Source: Methanoregula sp.
GTDB taxonomy: Archaea > Halobacteriota > Methanomicrobia > Methanomicrobiales > Methanospirillaceae
DNA length: 64,000 nt
Assembly (NCBI GenBank): GCA_039698055.1
Contig: JBDKTL010000016.1
Coordinates: 58,820-122,819, forward strand
Direction of reading: 5' to 3'
The notes under the pieces were generated by a model. It worked only from the letters and a program-made list of their open reading frames with translations. It ran no database searches and had not been told where the DNA came from. Position numbers and translations under genes: made by a program. Shown one piece after another: positions 48,966 through 58,541 of the stretch. Numbering within the stretch: the stretch's first letter is position 1; every line of letters begins with the position of its first letter.

Positions 48966-49254
48966 AATTTTTAAGTGCCCGCTCCATACGCACTTTCATC
49001 CGTACGGCAACATATTCTGCAAGTACTGCCTTTGCGTATGCATTCTGCAAGGCCTCCGGGATGAAATTATTGTGAGCGATCCGCACCATGAGTTCCTTGC
49101 TGATCGCCGCATCCTCACGAAGTCCAAGATCCATCACTTCCGTAATCGTTTCGTCAAGAGCCGCAATGCCTACATCCTTTCCTTCAATTTCAATAAGACG
49201 TGTTCCCTGCAACGCATCAGCGGCACATGGTGATAAGGTATTTTCTCTCTCCAT
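48943..49254 (-). CDS. Small hypothetical protein upstream of arsC
   Basis: 103-aa ORF with GGGGAG SD, PCAADAL, VGI..LD, NFIP..Y..A.L.EY. Confidence 0.7.
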   Translation of the reverse strand: MERENTLSPCAADALQGTRLIEIEGKDVGIAALDETITEVMDLGLREDAAISKELMVRIAHNNFIPEALQNAYAKAVLAEYVAVRMKVRMERALKNYESIRND

Positions 49255-49273
49255 ATGCTCCCCTTAAAGATGT

Positions 49274-49292
49274 ATGTCATTTCTGGTGACAT
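49274..49292. promoter_or_regulatory. Candidate repressor operator ATGTCA-N7-TGACAT
   Basis: Perfect 6-bp inverted repeat between a TATA-like element and the start of the hypothetical-arsC unit. Confidence 0.4.
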
Positions 49293-49466
49293 TAATAGGT
49301 TAGCTTTTTTTGGGACAGAACCGGGTAATAATGAACCCTCGCTGTATTTTTTCATGTGGTACGGATATAGGATGTCATCGTACGGCCACCGTGAAAGTAC
49401 ATAGTCAGGACGAAAAACAAAATCCATATATTATTAGGAACCATCCGACTAACCGTTGATACCGGC

Positions 49467-49998
49467 ATGGTGAAATTTGAGTGCAATCTCTGCGGAAAAT
49501 GCTGCCAGAGTTTTGGGGAGTTCATCAAAATCGAGCGCCAGATCAGCGACCGGGATTACTTTTGCCGGTACGGTATCACAAACGAACTCTTTCCGGTTCA
49601 CGTGCTGCCGGAATTTGCTGAAGAAATTGATGATGAATTTACCAATATGGATACAACAGAATCTGGCTCTTCCCGCAAAGGATGTATTTTTTTTACGGAA
49701 AAATCCTGATGGCAAAGGTTTTGTCTGTGCAGTCTACCCCACCCGGCCGTCTGTCTGCAAGGCGTTTCTCTGTTACCGGATGCTCATTTACCACAAGCCA
49801 AGCGGTGAACTTCGTGGCAAAATAATCGGGACTAACGAACTCACGACTCAGGATGAGATACTCGCGGGTCTCTGGAAAGAGAAGATTGTTCCTATCCTTC
49901 ATCCGAATGCATCACAGCATGCTATGGATGATGAGTGGGTTGCAAACGTTGTCACGATTCTTGCATCCCACGGGTATCGTGCCGAGAAGGTTGAATGA
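49467..49998 (+). pseudogene. YkgJ-family Cys-cluster protein, frameshifted in a T8 run (~49687-49694)
   Basis: FECNLCGKCC...GCIF in one frame, LRKNPDGKGFVCAVYPTRPSVCKAFLC in the next; removing one T fuses them. Confidence 0.8.
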
Positions 49999-50015
49999 GA
50001 AAATAAAAAAAAATT

Positions 50016-50930
50016 AGGTGATTATGTAACATCCCGTACCAACACGGTTTCTTTCAACATCAAATCCACAAGGACCGCAAATAAATCTTTCTGACGGTTG
50101 TTGTATCTCCATTCCATCTCTTTAATGTAATAGAGGAATTTCTCTTTTGAGATTCCGTGATGTTTGATCAGCCGTTCTTTAGCAAATGACCAGAATCCTT
50201 CGATACCATTAATGTAGACTTTTCCCTGTTTGAATTTATACCGGTGATCAATATTGAGATGGCGATAACCACAGAACATCAGAGAATCATACCCTCTCCA
50301 TTTGTCAGTATAGACGATAGATCCTCTACGGACTTTTTTCACCGTTTCCAACAGCAGGGACTCTGCCTTTACATCGGTCAGAATACTGACGGATACCTTT
50401 CCCCCTCGTTCCAGGATACCAAATACAATGGTCTTATGACCTGCGCCTCTCCCCCGTTTTCCTTTTCTCCTCCCTCCGAAATACGATTCATCTGCTTCAA
50501 GTTCTCCCTTAAGCAGTTCATCAGTACGGGCAAGTTCTTCAACAAGAACACGTCGCAAAATGTCGTAAGCCGCCAGGGTCGTCTTATAACTCAACGAAAC
50601 TTCTTTTGCAGCTTTTCGTGCAGAGACGGACAATTCGAATAATTTAATGAGTGAGAGCCATTGGGATGGTGAGATTCGAAGTTGAGTCAACCGCGTGCTT
50701 TTAAGCGGGGTGTTATCTTTCCGACAGGATTTACACCGAACTCTCCATCGTCCGATGAAGTAAAATTCTGATGAACTGCATTGTTCACAGATCGATTCCT
50801 CTCGTTTCCTCCAGAGATATTCAAGTGATACCCTATCATCGGACACCAGTTTGCCAATCTCTCGGAAATCCATATGGTGCATTGTTCCCTTCCTAACTTA
50901 TTGTTAGTGTGGGATCCTACACAATCACCT
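50016..50930 (-). mobile_element. IS1595-family insertion sequence (~915 bp)
   Basis: Imperfect TIRs AGGTGATTATGTAACATCCC / AGGTGATTGTGTAGGATCCC (reverse complement), AATT on both flanks, single transposase ORF. Confidence 0.9.
50022..50882 (-). CDS. IS1595-family DDE transposase
   Basis: CxxC..CxxC Zn ribbon, HTH, EADESYFGG, VYTDKWRGY, INGIEGFWS..K, EMEWRYN. Confidence 0.94.
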   Translation of the reverse strand: MHHMDFREIGKLVSDDRVSLEYLWRKREESICEQCSSSEFYFIGRWRVRCKSCRKDNTPLKSTRLTQLRISPSQWLSLIKLFELSVSARKAAKEVSLSYKTTLAAYDILRRVLVEELARTDELLKGELEADESYFGGRRKGKRGRGAGHKTIVFGILERGGKVSVSILTDVKAESLLLETVKKVRRGSIVYTDKWRGYDSLMFCGYRHLNIDHRYKFKQGKVYINGIEGFWSFAKERLIKHHGISKEKFLYYIKEMEWRYNNRQKDLFAVLVDLMLKETVLVRDVT

Positions 50931-50937
50931 AATTTTT

Positions 50938-52674
50938 TTATCCGGACACCGGTTTTTTCCCGATCAGCGCAAGCCTTTCCCGGTAACGGATGCTGCCGGG
51001 ATCATAATATGTCCCTGCCCATTCGTCCGAATCCTTCAGCTGAAGGGGTTTTGTTTCAGAACTATTTTCCCGCATACTGCGGAACCGGAAATGATCGTAG
51101 AGCCGGATCGCTTCCACCGCGTACCTGACTGCCACATCCGGGGCATAGATTGCCATCAGGTTATCGCTGTTGCTCGTCTCGCCACCAGCTGCAAGATTGG
51201 ATGATCCGCAAAAGACCACCGGGTTGTCGCCATTGAAATCGCAGACCACCAGCTTGTGGTGGATCACCTGCCCCGAACCCCCGCTGATCTCTTTGTTGAA
51301 CGGCGGAGGGACATCCTTTGCAAGATATGCAACAGATGCTGTGGTGAAATTCGGTTTGCCGGTATCGGGCTTGAACAGATCAAGTTCACCCTTTTTCTGG
51401 ATAATTCCCATCGAGTAGATGTCCTCGCGCTCGGGAAGACTTGTGATCGCGTTGATTCCTTTTCCCGATCCGCTCATCTGCATCATCGCAAACAGCACCG
51501 ATTGTTTCGCATCCCGGATCGCATCGGCAATCCGGTCGAGCGGGAACGCGGTTTTGTGGGGGGCAAATGAGAAGGAGACCGGGCTGCCACTGACCGTTTT
51601 GTCATGCCATCCGGTTGCAATCGCTGACGTTTTGAATTTCCCGGGAGCGTTCCATGCCTGTTCGAACGCTTCTGCGTACAATCCGGCAACCGCTGGATCT
51701 TCAAATACAAGGATGCTGTTTGCCTGGACGTACAGGCCCCGGATCGTAAAATTTGCCGAGCCGGTAAGGACGGCTTCCGGCACACTGTTCCGGTGCCGGA
51801 TCATCACCTTGTTGTGCGACAGCCCGGAAAAATGCCCGGTCTTTACTTCGACGCCGGCCTGCCGGAGCGCATGAACCGCCAGGACTTCATGCACGGGAAC
51901 TTTTTTTGCCTTTGGTGTGCCGGGACTTTTCATGTCCGGCTCAGTACTGTCAGGACTTTTATGGGTGGTTGAATTGTCCTGGAACACCCTCACGCGTGCC
52001 CCCATTTCGCACAGGGAACGGATCGTGTCGACCTCGTCGAGATCGAACGTGAAGACATCGAGCGTAACCCTGGGATCAGACCGGCAGGTTTCGAGAAAAC
52101 CGACAAGCATCTCACGGGCATGTGCGCCGAGCCACGCATACTGCGCCCTGTACGGGGTGGTGTCATAATCGATGGTCTGCACCGGGGGGTAGAGTGCGGC
52201 ATTTTTGAATTTATTGACATACGCCTGCGAGGAGACCATGGTCCGGGTAAATCCAATCTCAAGGTTTCCTGACTTTTCAGGCCCGAGATCGATAGGGACA
52301 GTCACCGAAGGGCCGCGTGTCAGCGTGGTGCCGTTCTTAAAATACATCGCCGAGAGCGTGTAGGTGTACCGGCCCGGCCCTGTCGACGGGTAATGTGTCC
52401 AGTGAAAGGTCTGGAACGGTGCTGCATCTGAAGGTGTCCATTGATCGGGCCCGAAGGGTTTTCCCGCAGAAACTCCTTCGCTGAAATTCAGCCGGTTGTT
52501 CAGGAAATAATCGTTTCCCGGTTTTGGTTTCGTGCCCGGCAATGTCACGGCAATCGCAAAGCCGGCACAACGGTCAATCTGGTTCTCGCTGAGATCAAAG
52601 GTGAGCAAAACTGCCCGGTCCCCGGTATACCCGGTCAGTTTCAGCCCGTTTTTTTCCCCGGAATAAATTCCCAT
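50938..52674 (-). CDS. Phospholipase D superfamily protein (two HKD-type motifs)
   Basis: SHNKVMIRH..TGSANFT and IHHKLVVCD..GSSNL..NSDN. Confidence 0.87.
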   Translation of the reverse strand: MGIYSGEKNGLKLTGYTGDRAVLLTFDLSENQIDRCAGFAIAVTLPGTKPKPGNDYFLNNRLNFSEGVSAGKPFGPDQWTPSDAAPFQTFHWTHYPSTGPGRYTYTLSAMYFKNGTTLTRGPSVTVPIDLGPEKSGNLEIGFTRTMVSSQAYVNKFKNAALYPPVQTIDYDTTPYRAQYAWLGAHAREMLVGFLETCRSDPRVTLDVFTFDLDEVDTIRSLCEMGARVRVFQDNSTTHKSPDSTEPDMKSPGTPKAKKVPVHEVLAVHALRQAGVEVKTGHFSGLSHNKVMIRHRNSVPEAVLTGSANFTIRGLYVQANSILVFEDPAVAGLYAEAFEQAWNAPGKFKTSAIATGWHDKTVSGSPVSFSFAPHKTAFPLDRIADAIRDAKQSVLFAMMQMSGSGKGINAITSLPEREDIYSMGIIQKKGELDLFKPDTGKPNFTTASVAYLAKDVPPPFNKEISGGSGQVIHHKLVVCDFNGDNPVVFCGSSNLAAGGETSNSDNLMAIYAPDVAVRYAVEAIRLYDHFRFRSMRENSSETKPLQLKDSDEWAGTYYDPGSIRYRERLALIGKKPVSG

Positions 52675-52779
52675 AGCGTATCAGGGAAAATTGTGATCGG
52701 CAAGAGTATAATATTGTTGTATAATAATAGGGGAATTAATTTCAGGCCGCCTCCATGCACCGGAAAATTACGGTACTGT

Positions 52780-53436
52780 TCACCGCTTCTTTTGTGCCGT
52801 TCCTGCCTTTTTTTCCCGGGGGACGGGTTTTAGGGGAGTTTGTGCATTCCCTGCTGCAACCAGTTTCATCATCCATGCCATATTCTGCCCGATCGCTTTC
52901 ATCCGGTCAACTCCCTCATGGTCACGGTCGACATCCCCGATATTCAGGCCCATGCCAATTCCCGGGAATCCCGTGAGGATCATGTCGCGGCCAAGCAGGA
53001 AATGGATCAGGGTATCTGCGGTGTGAATCGCGCCGGTCCTGCGCACGGCAACCGCAGCAGCCCCGACTTTGCGCCGGAACAGTTCACCGTTTGCCATAGA
53101 GACAAAACCCGCACGGTCGATCAGCGCTTTCATCTCAGCCGGCACATCGGAGAAATAGACCGGTGAGCCAAAAACGATACCGTCCGCCGCGATCATCTTC
53201 CTGATACAGTCGTTTATCATGTCGTCCTCGATGACGCACCGCTTGTTCCGGTTCTCAAAACATTTCATGCAGGCAGTACAGCCCTGTATTTTATTGCCGG
53301 AAAGTTGCACCAGTTCGGTTGTGATCCCTTCCTTTTCCAGTTCCTGCAACGCGTAGTTGATCAGGATTGCCGTATTGCCGTTTTTCCGGGCGCTGCCGTT
53401 AAATGCCACAACATGCAGCTGATGATCTTTTTTCAT
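52780..53436 (-). CDS. Iron-sulfur flavoprotein (Isf, flavodoxin fold)
   Basis: NGSARKNGNT, CTACMKC..RC, GSPVYF, MKALIDR, RRTG. Confidence 0.9.
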   Translation of the reverse strand: MKKDHQLHVVAFNGSARKNGNTAILINYALQELEKEGITTELVQLSGNKIQGCTACMKCFENRNKRCVIEDDMINDCIRKMIAADGIVFGSPVYFSDVPAEMKALIDRAGFVSMANGELFRRKVGAAAVAVRRTGAIHTADTLIHFLLGRDMILTGFPGIGMGLNIGDVDRDHEGVDRMKAIGQNMAWMMKLVAAGNAQTPLKPVPREKKAGTAQKKR

Positions 53437-53502
53437 TTTTTTACCTCAGTTTTTTTGTTCCTCATACCACGCCACAGTCGTTTGTCGCATAAAAAGGATC
53501 TT

Positions 53503-54231
53503 TTAGACCTGTTTTAATTCCTCACATCCTTTTTTCATGAAATACGCGAGCTGGAGCGAGCTGTTCACCATCTCCGCCAGATCCTCCTGCGTGTACTTGT
53601 TTTTCTCAATCTGCCCCCAGTCCTTTGTCGTATCTTCGTCATTCTCGCCAACCCATGAGGCAATCGATACCTGCGGGCTCTGGAATCCCAGCCATGCAAA
53701 GAAGTTCAGCAGGTTGCCAGCCACGTGCTGCATTCCGTCAACGTGACCGATGATGATCAGTCCCACGACCTTGTTTTTGATCATACGATTGCCAAACCAC
53801 GAGTACTGGTTCTCGATGCAGTTCATCCGCTCGACAAATTTCTGCACGAGTGCCGAATGGTTGTTCCACCGTATCGGCGTTGCAAGAAAGAGGATGTCTG
53901 TATCGAGCACCGCAGAATAGACGATGTCCATCTGGTCGTCCTCGTACTTCATCGTGGACTGGCAGGGATACGTGCAGTATTCCGGGTTTTCCGAGTAATT
54001 TCCTTCGCAGTCATAGATCTTCAGGTCTTTTAAGCGCAGGAAGGTTGTCTCGCAACCGGATTTTTTGCACTGTTCAAGTGCCCGCAGGAGCAGTCGTTCG
54101 GATTTGGACATCCCGGGTTCCTGCCGGCTTGACCCGGATATCCCAAGCACCCGGATCCCCCGGGCCTTATCGGGGGGCAGAGGGGGGATAAGGCCGACAC
54201 CGAATTTTCGTCCGACAATCGGAGCTGGCAT
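53503..54231 (-). CDS. Flavodoxin-fold NAD(P)H-dependent oxidoreductase
   Basis: GISGSSR, DCEGNYS..CTYPC, ATPIRW, FVERMNC. Confidence 0.83.
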   Translation of the reverse strand: MPAPIVGRKFGVGLIPPLPPDKARGIRVLGISGSSRQEPGMSKSERLLLRALEQCKKSGCETTFLRLKDLKIYDCEGNYSENPEYCTYPCQSTMKYEDDQMDIVYSAVLDTDILFLATPIRWNNHSALVQKFVERMNCIENQYSWFGNRMIKNKVVGLIIIGHVDGMQHVAGNLLNFFAWLGFQSPQVSIASWVGENDEDTTKDWGQIEKNKYTQEDLAEMVNSSLQLAYFMKKGCEELKQV

Positions 54232-54290
54232 AGATTATAATAATAAGTTCATGAATATGGATTTGTCCATACAAACCGTGGTGATACGCT

Positions 54291-54578
54291 GTGGAGCGAT
54301 TTGTGGAGATGGTGCAGAAACTCGATGCAATGGCACCGGAAATCAAGGCAAGGTTGATCGACAAATATCGGACGTTGTGCACCTGCCCGCTCTGCCCGAC
54401 CTATACAGTCTGCATGAAAAAGAGGGATGAGAAACTGTTCTGCTCTACCGGAAAAACTGCGTGCACCGCGGTAAAAAAAGCCTGCATCTGCCCGACCTGC
54501 CCGGTCACATCGATAATGGCCCTGAAGTTCGGGTATTACTGCACAAACGGTTCGGAGAGACAGCACCGGAACATGTAA
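54291..54578 (+). CDS. DUF2769-like small Cys-rich protein
   Basis: CTCPLCPTY..C..LFC..GK..C..CICPTCPV..YYC..G. Confidence 0.82.
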   Translation: MERFVEMVQKLDAMAPEIKARLIDKYRTLCTCPLCPTYTVCMKKRDEKLFCSTGKTACTAVKKACICPTCPVTSIMALKFGYYCTNGSERQHRNM

Positions 54579-54623
54579 GAGTGCGTCCTGCTTTTCCGGC
54601 TGCACAATCATTTTTATGGTACG

Positions 54624-55739
54624 TTATCTCACCGGCAGGGGCATCGACGTCGCTTCCAGTTTCTTCTCGATCGCGATGATGATCTCAAGTTTTGCTTTGG
54701 TTGATGGTCCTTTCGGGACTGCCTTGCACCCGGAAGCCTTGCTGATTGACGGGTTGTACGTCCCGATCTCCCGGGCAAGATTCATTGTCTCTTCCTTGTC
54801 AAACCCAATGAGGGGGCGGTAGACCGGGCAGTCCGCCACATCGTTGAGCACTGCAAGGTTGTCGAGCGTCTGGCTTGCCACCTGCCCCAGCGATTCGCCG
54901 CTGACGATCCCATGTGCACCGGTTTCCTGGGCTACAGCCTGTGCAATCCGGTACATCCGGCGCTTGCAGAAAAGGCAGGTGTATTTTTCCTGGTGGGTTT
55001 TTATGAGCTCTTTTTTTGCCTGGGCAAGATATGAATCGTGAACGACCCGAAGACAGATATCCGGCTGGTATTTTTTGAGCGCCTCAACGACACGCTCCGC
55101 CCGCGCAATAACGGAATCGTCAAGGAAGGTGTCCAGCGCCACAAAGAGCGGGATGATCCGGCACCCGCGCTTCATCATCATCCACGCAGCTACCGGCGAA
55201 TCGATACCTCCCGAGACAAGCGCCACCAGCGTCCCTTCAACACCAATCGGCAGCCCCCCGACCGCTTTTATCACGTTGTCGTACAGGTAACACTCATCCT
55301 TGCGGATCTCGACATGGATCTCTTTTTCGGGTGCAGCAAGGTTTACCTTGATCTTCGGGAACTCATTTCGTATCAGGTTCCCGAACTCGATTGCTTTGTC
55401 ATTTGAAGAGAAATCATGGTTACCCACCCGTTTGATCCGGAGAGCAAAAGTCTTTGCTTCATTCAGGCTATGCTCACGGCAGTAGTCCAGCAGGGCAACC
55501 TCGATGGCCCCGTCCTGTCGGACATGCTCGACTTCGGAGAACGATACGATCCCAAAGACGTTTTTTAAAATTTCAGGTTTCACATCGCCCGTAAGCCAGA
55601 TCCTTCCGCGTTCGCTCCGGATGGCTACCTCCGGAAGCATTTCACGGATATTGTCCATGAGAACCCGTTCCCATTGCCTTCGGACCGGATCTGATTTCAA
55701 AAATATTTCCGAGTACCGGACCAGCCACATCTTCGTCAT
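54624..55739 (-). CDS. thiI: tRNA 4-thiouridine sulfurtransferase
   Basis: VRYSEIFLKS, THUMP domain, GGLPIG, SGGIDSPVA PP-loop, CLFCKR, GESLGQVASQT, RPLIG.DK. Confidence 0.94.
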   Translation of the reverse strand: MTKMWLVRYSEIFLKSDPVRRQWERVLMDNIREMLPEVAIRSERGRIWLTGDVKPEILKNVFGIVSFSEVEHVRQDGAIEVALLDYCREHSLNEAKTFALRIKRVGNHDFSSNDKAIEFGNLIRNEFPKIKVNLAAPEKEIHVEIRKDECYLYDNVIKAVGGLPIGVEGTLVALVSGGIDSPVAAWMMMKRGCRIIPLFVALDTFLDDSVIARAERVVEALKKYQPDICLRVVHDSYLAQAKKELIKTHQEKYTCLFCKRRMYRIAQAVAQETGAHGIVSGESLGQVASQTLDNLAVLNDVADCPVYRPLIGFDKEETMNLAREIGTYNPSISKASGCKAVPKGPSTKAKLEIIIAIEKKLEATSMPLPVR

Positions 55740-55765
55740 TCTTTTTTTCTCCGGGTAGTTTGTGC

Positions 55766-56056
55766 TTATTTTTTCTTTCTCGCGGTTGTACGGACACGCT
55801 TAACTTCTTCCTCATCTTCGACGCGGAGCAGGTAGGTCCCGTGACAGGGTTTTGTATAGGGAAAAATGATCTTTTTTCCTTCCTCTATACCGAGCGCGAT
55901 GGGAGGAAGCCCGATGATATACTCGTTAAAAAGCCTGTACCCGGGCTCGACATACCAGACTTCGGGATAATTCTTCTCGACATATTCCCGGCATTCCTTA
56001 AATGAGGCGCCAAGCGGGAGGATCATCTCGTAGTTCAGGTTCTCAACGCAGCCCAC
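55766..56056 (-). CDS. DUF1894 family protein
   Basis: MGCVE, SFKECREY, IG.PPI..G, FPYTKPCHGT. Confidence 0.82.
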   Translation of the reverse strand: MGCVENLNYEMILPLGASFKECREYVEKNYPEVWYVEPGYRLFNEYIIGLPPIALGIEEGKKIIFPYTKPCHGTYLLRVEDEEEVKRVRTTARKKK

Positions 56057-56517
56057 GCAAACACCTCGTTAATCTTTTTCTTTAAGGCCGCAGGGTTATG
56101 TACCGCTTTTTCAACGATGGTTTCACACGGGAAATTGATCTCCGCCGCCAGTGGTTCCGGGTCCTTCCCGAAGATGATCACGACCAGCCGGCACGCAGGA
56201 AGCAGGTGCCGCATCGTTGCCGCGTATGCGATCGCCGCATCATTGTGGGCAAAGACCACGCAGAGATCACCGCTCCGCTTTTTCTCCACAACCTCGGCAA
56301 TGCACGTTTCGAGCACCATGGTATTTTTGATGTACATTTTTTTGGGGTCTGATACCCTGATCAGGCCAAGCACCGAGGTGTTTCCGGTCACCAGAACTTC
56401 CGTTCCCCGCTGCTGCAGGTTGTGGGTGATATAGATCGCCAGTGCCTGCTGCACCGGTACTTCCGGGCAGCCAAGAACGACAAGTGCTTTTTGTGGATGT
56501 GAAACAGGTTCCGTCAT
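56035..56517 (-). CDS. DUF1890 family protein
   Basis: LGCPEVPVQ, SDP.K.Y, FAHNDA, AVHNP. Confidence 0.82.
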   Translation of the reverse strand: MTEPVSHPQKALVVLGCPEVPVQQALAIYITHNLQQRGTEVLVTGNTSVLGLIRVSDPKKMYIKNTMVLETCIAEVVEKKRSGDLCVVFAHNDAAIAYAATMRHLLPACRLVVIIFGKDPEPLAAEINFPCETIVEKAVHNPAALKKKINEVFAWAALRT

Positions 56518-57059
56518 TATCTTTCTCCAATTCGGGTCGGTTGCGTCGTACATGCACCAGCACCCGGGCAGGCATGTTCTGCATCTGCTTCCCTGAACGG
56601 GTGATGGCAGTAGGGGCAGGTGAAATCACACTCAGTTCCCTCGTAGGGGCAGATCGTCATGGAGAGATCCGCCAGCGGATGGCCCTTGCCACGGATTTCA
56701 AACTCCTTATACCAGCCAAACGGCGCACGTTTAACCTCGATACCTTCAGACAGGAGCTGCGCTTCGAGACCGCTTAAGATCGCAAGTGCGACATTGGGGG
56801 CACCAAGCGTGCTTGACAGGTGGGCGTACGGGTAGATTAAAACCCGTTTTACTTTAAGTTTATCGAGGCGGCGGAGCACGTTCTCGGTCGCACTTGCGAT
56901 CACGTGCACAGGATTTTTTTCATCCAGCTTCTCCACGCAGGAGAACAGGACAACACATTCATCCATCCGGTCCTCCCGTGCCGCGATCGGTTCGGCTATC
57001 TTTGTCTTCCGGGTCGCGTGATACCACATTGAGTCCGCATGGATGGAAAGGATCCTCAC
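56517..57059 (-). CDS. Stand-alone archaeal ThrRS editing domain with Cys-rich C-terminal tail
   Basis: GTG start overlapping metX stop; [43 protein letters not shown]. Confidence 0.88.
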   Translation of the reverse strand: MRILSIHADSMWYHATRKTKIAEPIAAREDRMDECVVLFSCVEKLDEKNPVHVIASATENVLRRLDKLKVKRVLIYPYAHLSSTLGAPNVALAILSGLEAQLLSEGIEVKRAPFGWYKEFEIRGKGHPLADLSMTICPYEGTECDFTCPYCHHPFREADAEHACPGAGACTTQPTRIGER

Positions 57060-58531
57060 CTGACCCCTCCGCCGACAAGCGAACTGATGGCATCGCTCGT
57101 GATGAGCCCGATCACATGCTGGTCCTTGTCGACAACCGGCAATGCGGATATGGAATGATCTGCCATCTTCTTTGCCGCATCTTCGACAGATTCGTCCGGT
57201 GTTGTCGTGATCACGTCCCGGGACATGATCTCGTCCAGCCATAAGAAATTTGAGGCCACGGCTTTAGCAATGTCCCACGCCGTCACGATGCCGACCAGCT
57301 GCCCTTCCGCCGAGAGTATCGGCAGGTGGTTGACCGAACAGTTGATCATCCGCCGTGCTGCGACCGCGATGGTCGAACCTTCTTCAATATTTTCAACATC
57401 GCTGGTCATGACATCGCTCACAACCGTGTGCGACAGGAATTTCCCGATCAGGTAATTGATCTGGCCGGATTCCAGCAGGAACGCATCGTGCCCGTAGTTT
57501 GACCGGATCTCGGAGTAACTTACATCGCGCTCGTTTGCCGTGAGGGCAGCGACGATCTCCTGCGACTGGTAGGGCGGGTAGAGCCAGTCCGACGATACTG
57601 ATATGACAAGGAACGCTGCCTTTGCCGGTGCAAGTCCGCCTGCAAGAGATCCATCCTGTGTGAGATCAAAGTAGTCGACTGCTTTTGTGATGTAGAGGTA
57701 CGAGTTGGCATCGAAGCGTTTGGTGAAGGTATCTCCCTGGTGGTGAAGGTAACTCTCCACAGCAAAATCTGTCGAGAAGTCAAACCCGATCTGTGCCTTG
57801 TCCTGGAGGGTCCGCCCGAACTTCGCATGCATCGATTCGTCAGAGAGATAGGTTATATGGCCGACCATCCGGGCAAGTGCGAGCCCGTGGGTGGGCAGTG
57901 ATTTGCCGTAATAATCACCGTTGTTCCAGTCGGGATCAGATGTGATCGCTTTCCTGCCCACCTCATTGAATGCTATCTGCTGGGGTGTCGAATATGCAGT
58001 CGTTGCAATGGCGATCGCTTTGTTCACCATTCCAGGGTATGATACTGCCCACTGCAGTACCTGCATGCCTCCCATCGATCCGCCGGCTACCGCGTACAGG
58101 CTGGAGATACCAAAATGTTCAATTAAAAGTTTCTGGGCGCTGACCATGTCCCGTATTGTGATCACCGGGAATGTCGCGCCATAGGATCTGCCGGTTTTGG
58201 GGTTGATGGAAGAGGGGCCGGTTGAGCCCTTACATCCCCCAAGAACGTTACTACAGATCACAAAGTAGCGATCGGTGTCAAAGGCCTTGCCGGGCCCGAT
58301 AACGGCGTCCCACCATCCGGGCTTCTCATCGCCTTCATGGACACCGGCAACATGTGCATCCCCGGTAAGGGCATGGCAGATAAGGATCGCGTTGTTCCGG
58401 TCCCGGTTCAGTTTCCCATACGTCTCGTAGGCTATTGTGACATTATGCAGGACTGCTTCGCTCTCAAGGACAAGCGGGGAGGGAAGGTCCAGTGATTCCG
58501 TTTTGACAATGCCTACAGACCCGGGGAGCAT
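57056..58531 (-). CDS. metX: Homoserine O-acetyltransferase with C-terminal CBS pair
   Basis: [19 protein letters not shown]...GPG, GGSMGGM, FDANSY, SSDWLYP, YGHDAFL, then two CBS domains. Confidence 0.93.
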   Translation of the reverse strand: MLPGSVGIVKTESLDLPSPLVLESEAVLHNVTIAYETYGKLNRDRNNAILICHALTGDAHVAGVHEGDEKPGWWDAVIGPGKAFDTDRYFVICSNVLGGCKGSTGPSSINPKTGRSYGATFPVITIRDMVSAQKLLIEHFGISSLYAVAGGSMGGMQVLQWAVSYPGMVNKAIAIATTAYSTPQQIAFNEVGRKAITSDPDWNNGDYYGKSLPTHGLALARMVGHITYLSDESMHAKFGRTLQDKAQIGFDFSTDFAVESYLHHQGDTFTKRFDANSYLYITKAVDYFDLTQDGSLAGGLAPAKAAFLVISVSSDWLYPPYQSQEIVAALTANERDVSYSEIRSNYGHDAFLLESGQINYLIGKFLSHTVVSDVMTSDVENIEEGSTIAVAARRMINCSVNHLPILSAEGQLVGIVTAWDIAKAVASNFLWLDEIMSRDVITTTPDESVEDAAKKMADHSISALPVVDKDQHVIGLITSDAISSLVGGGVR

Positions 58532-58541
58532 GGTTACTTCC

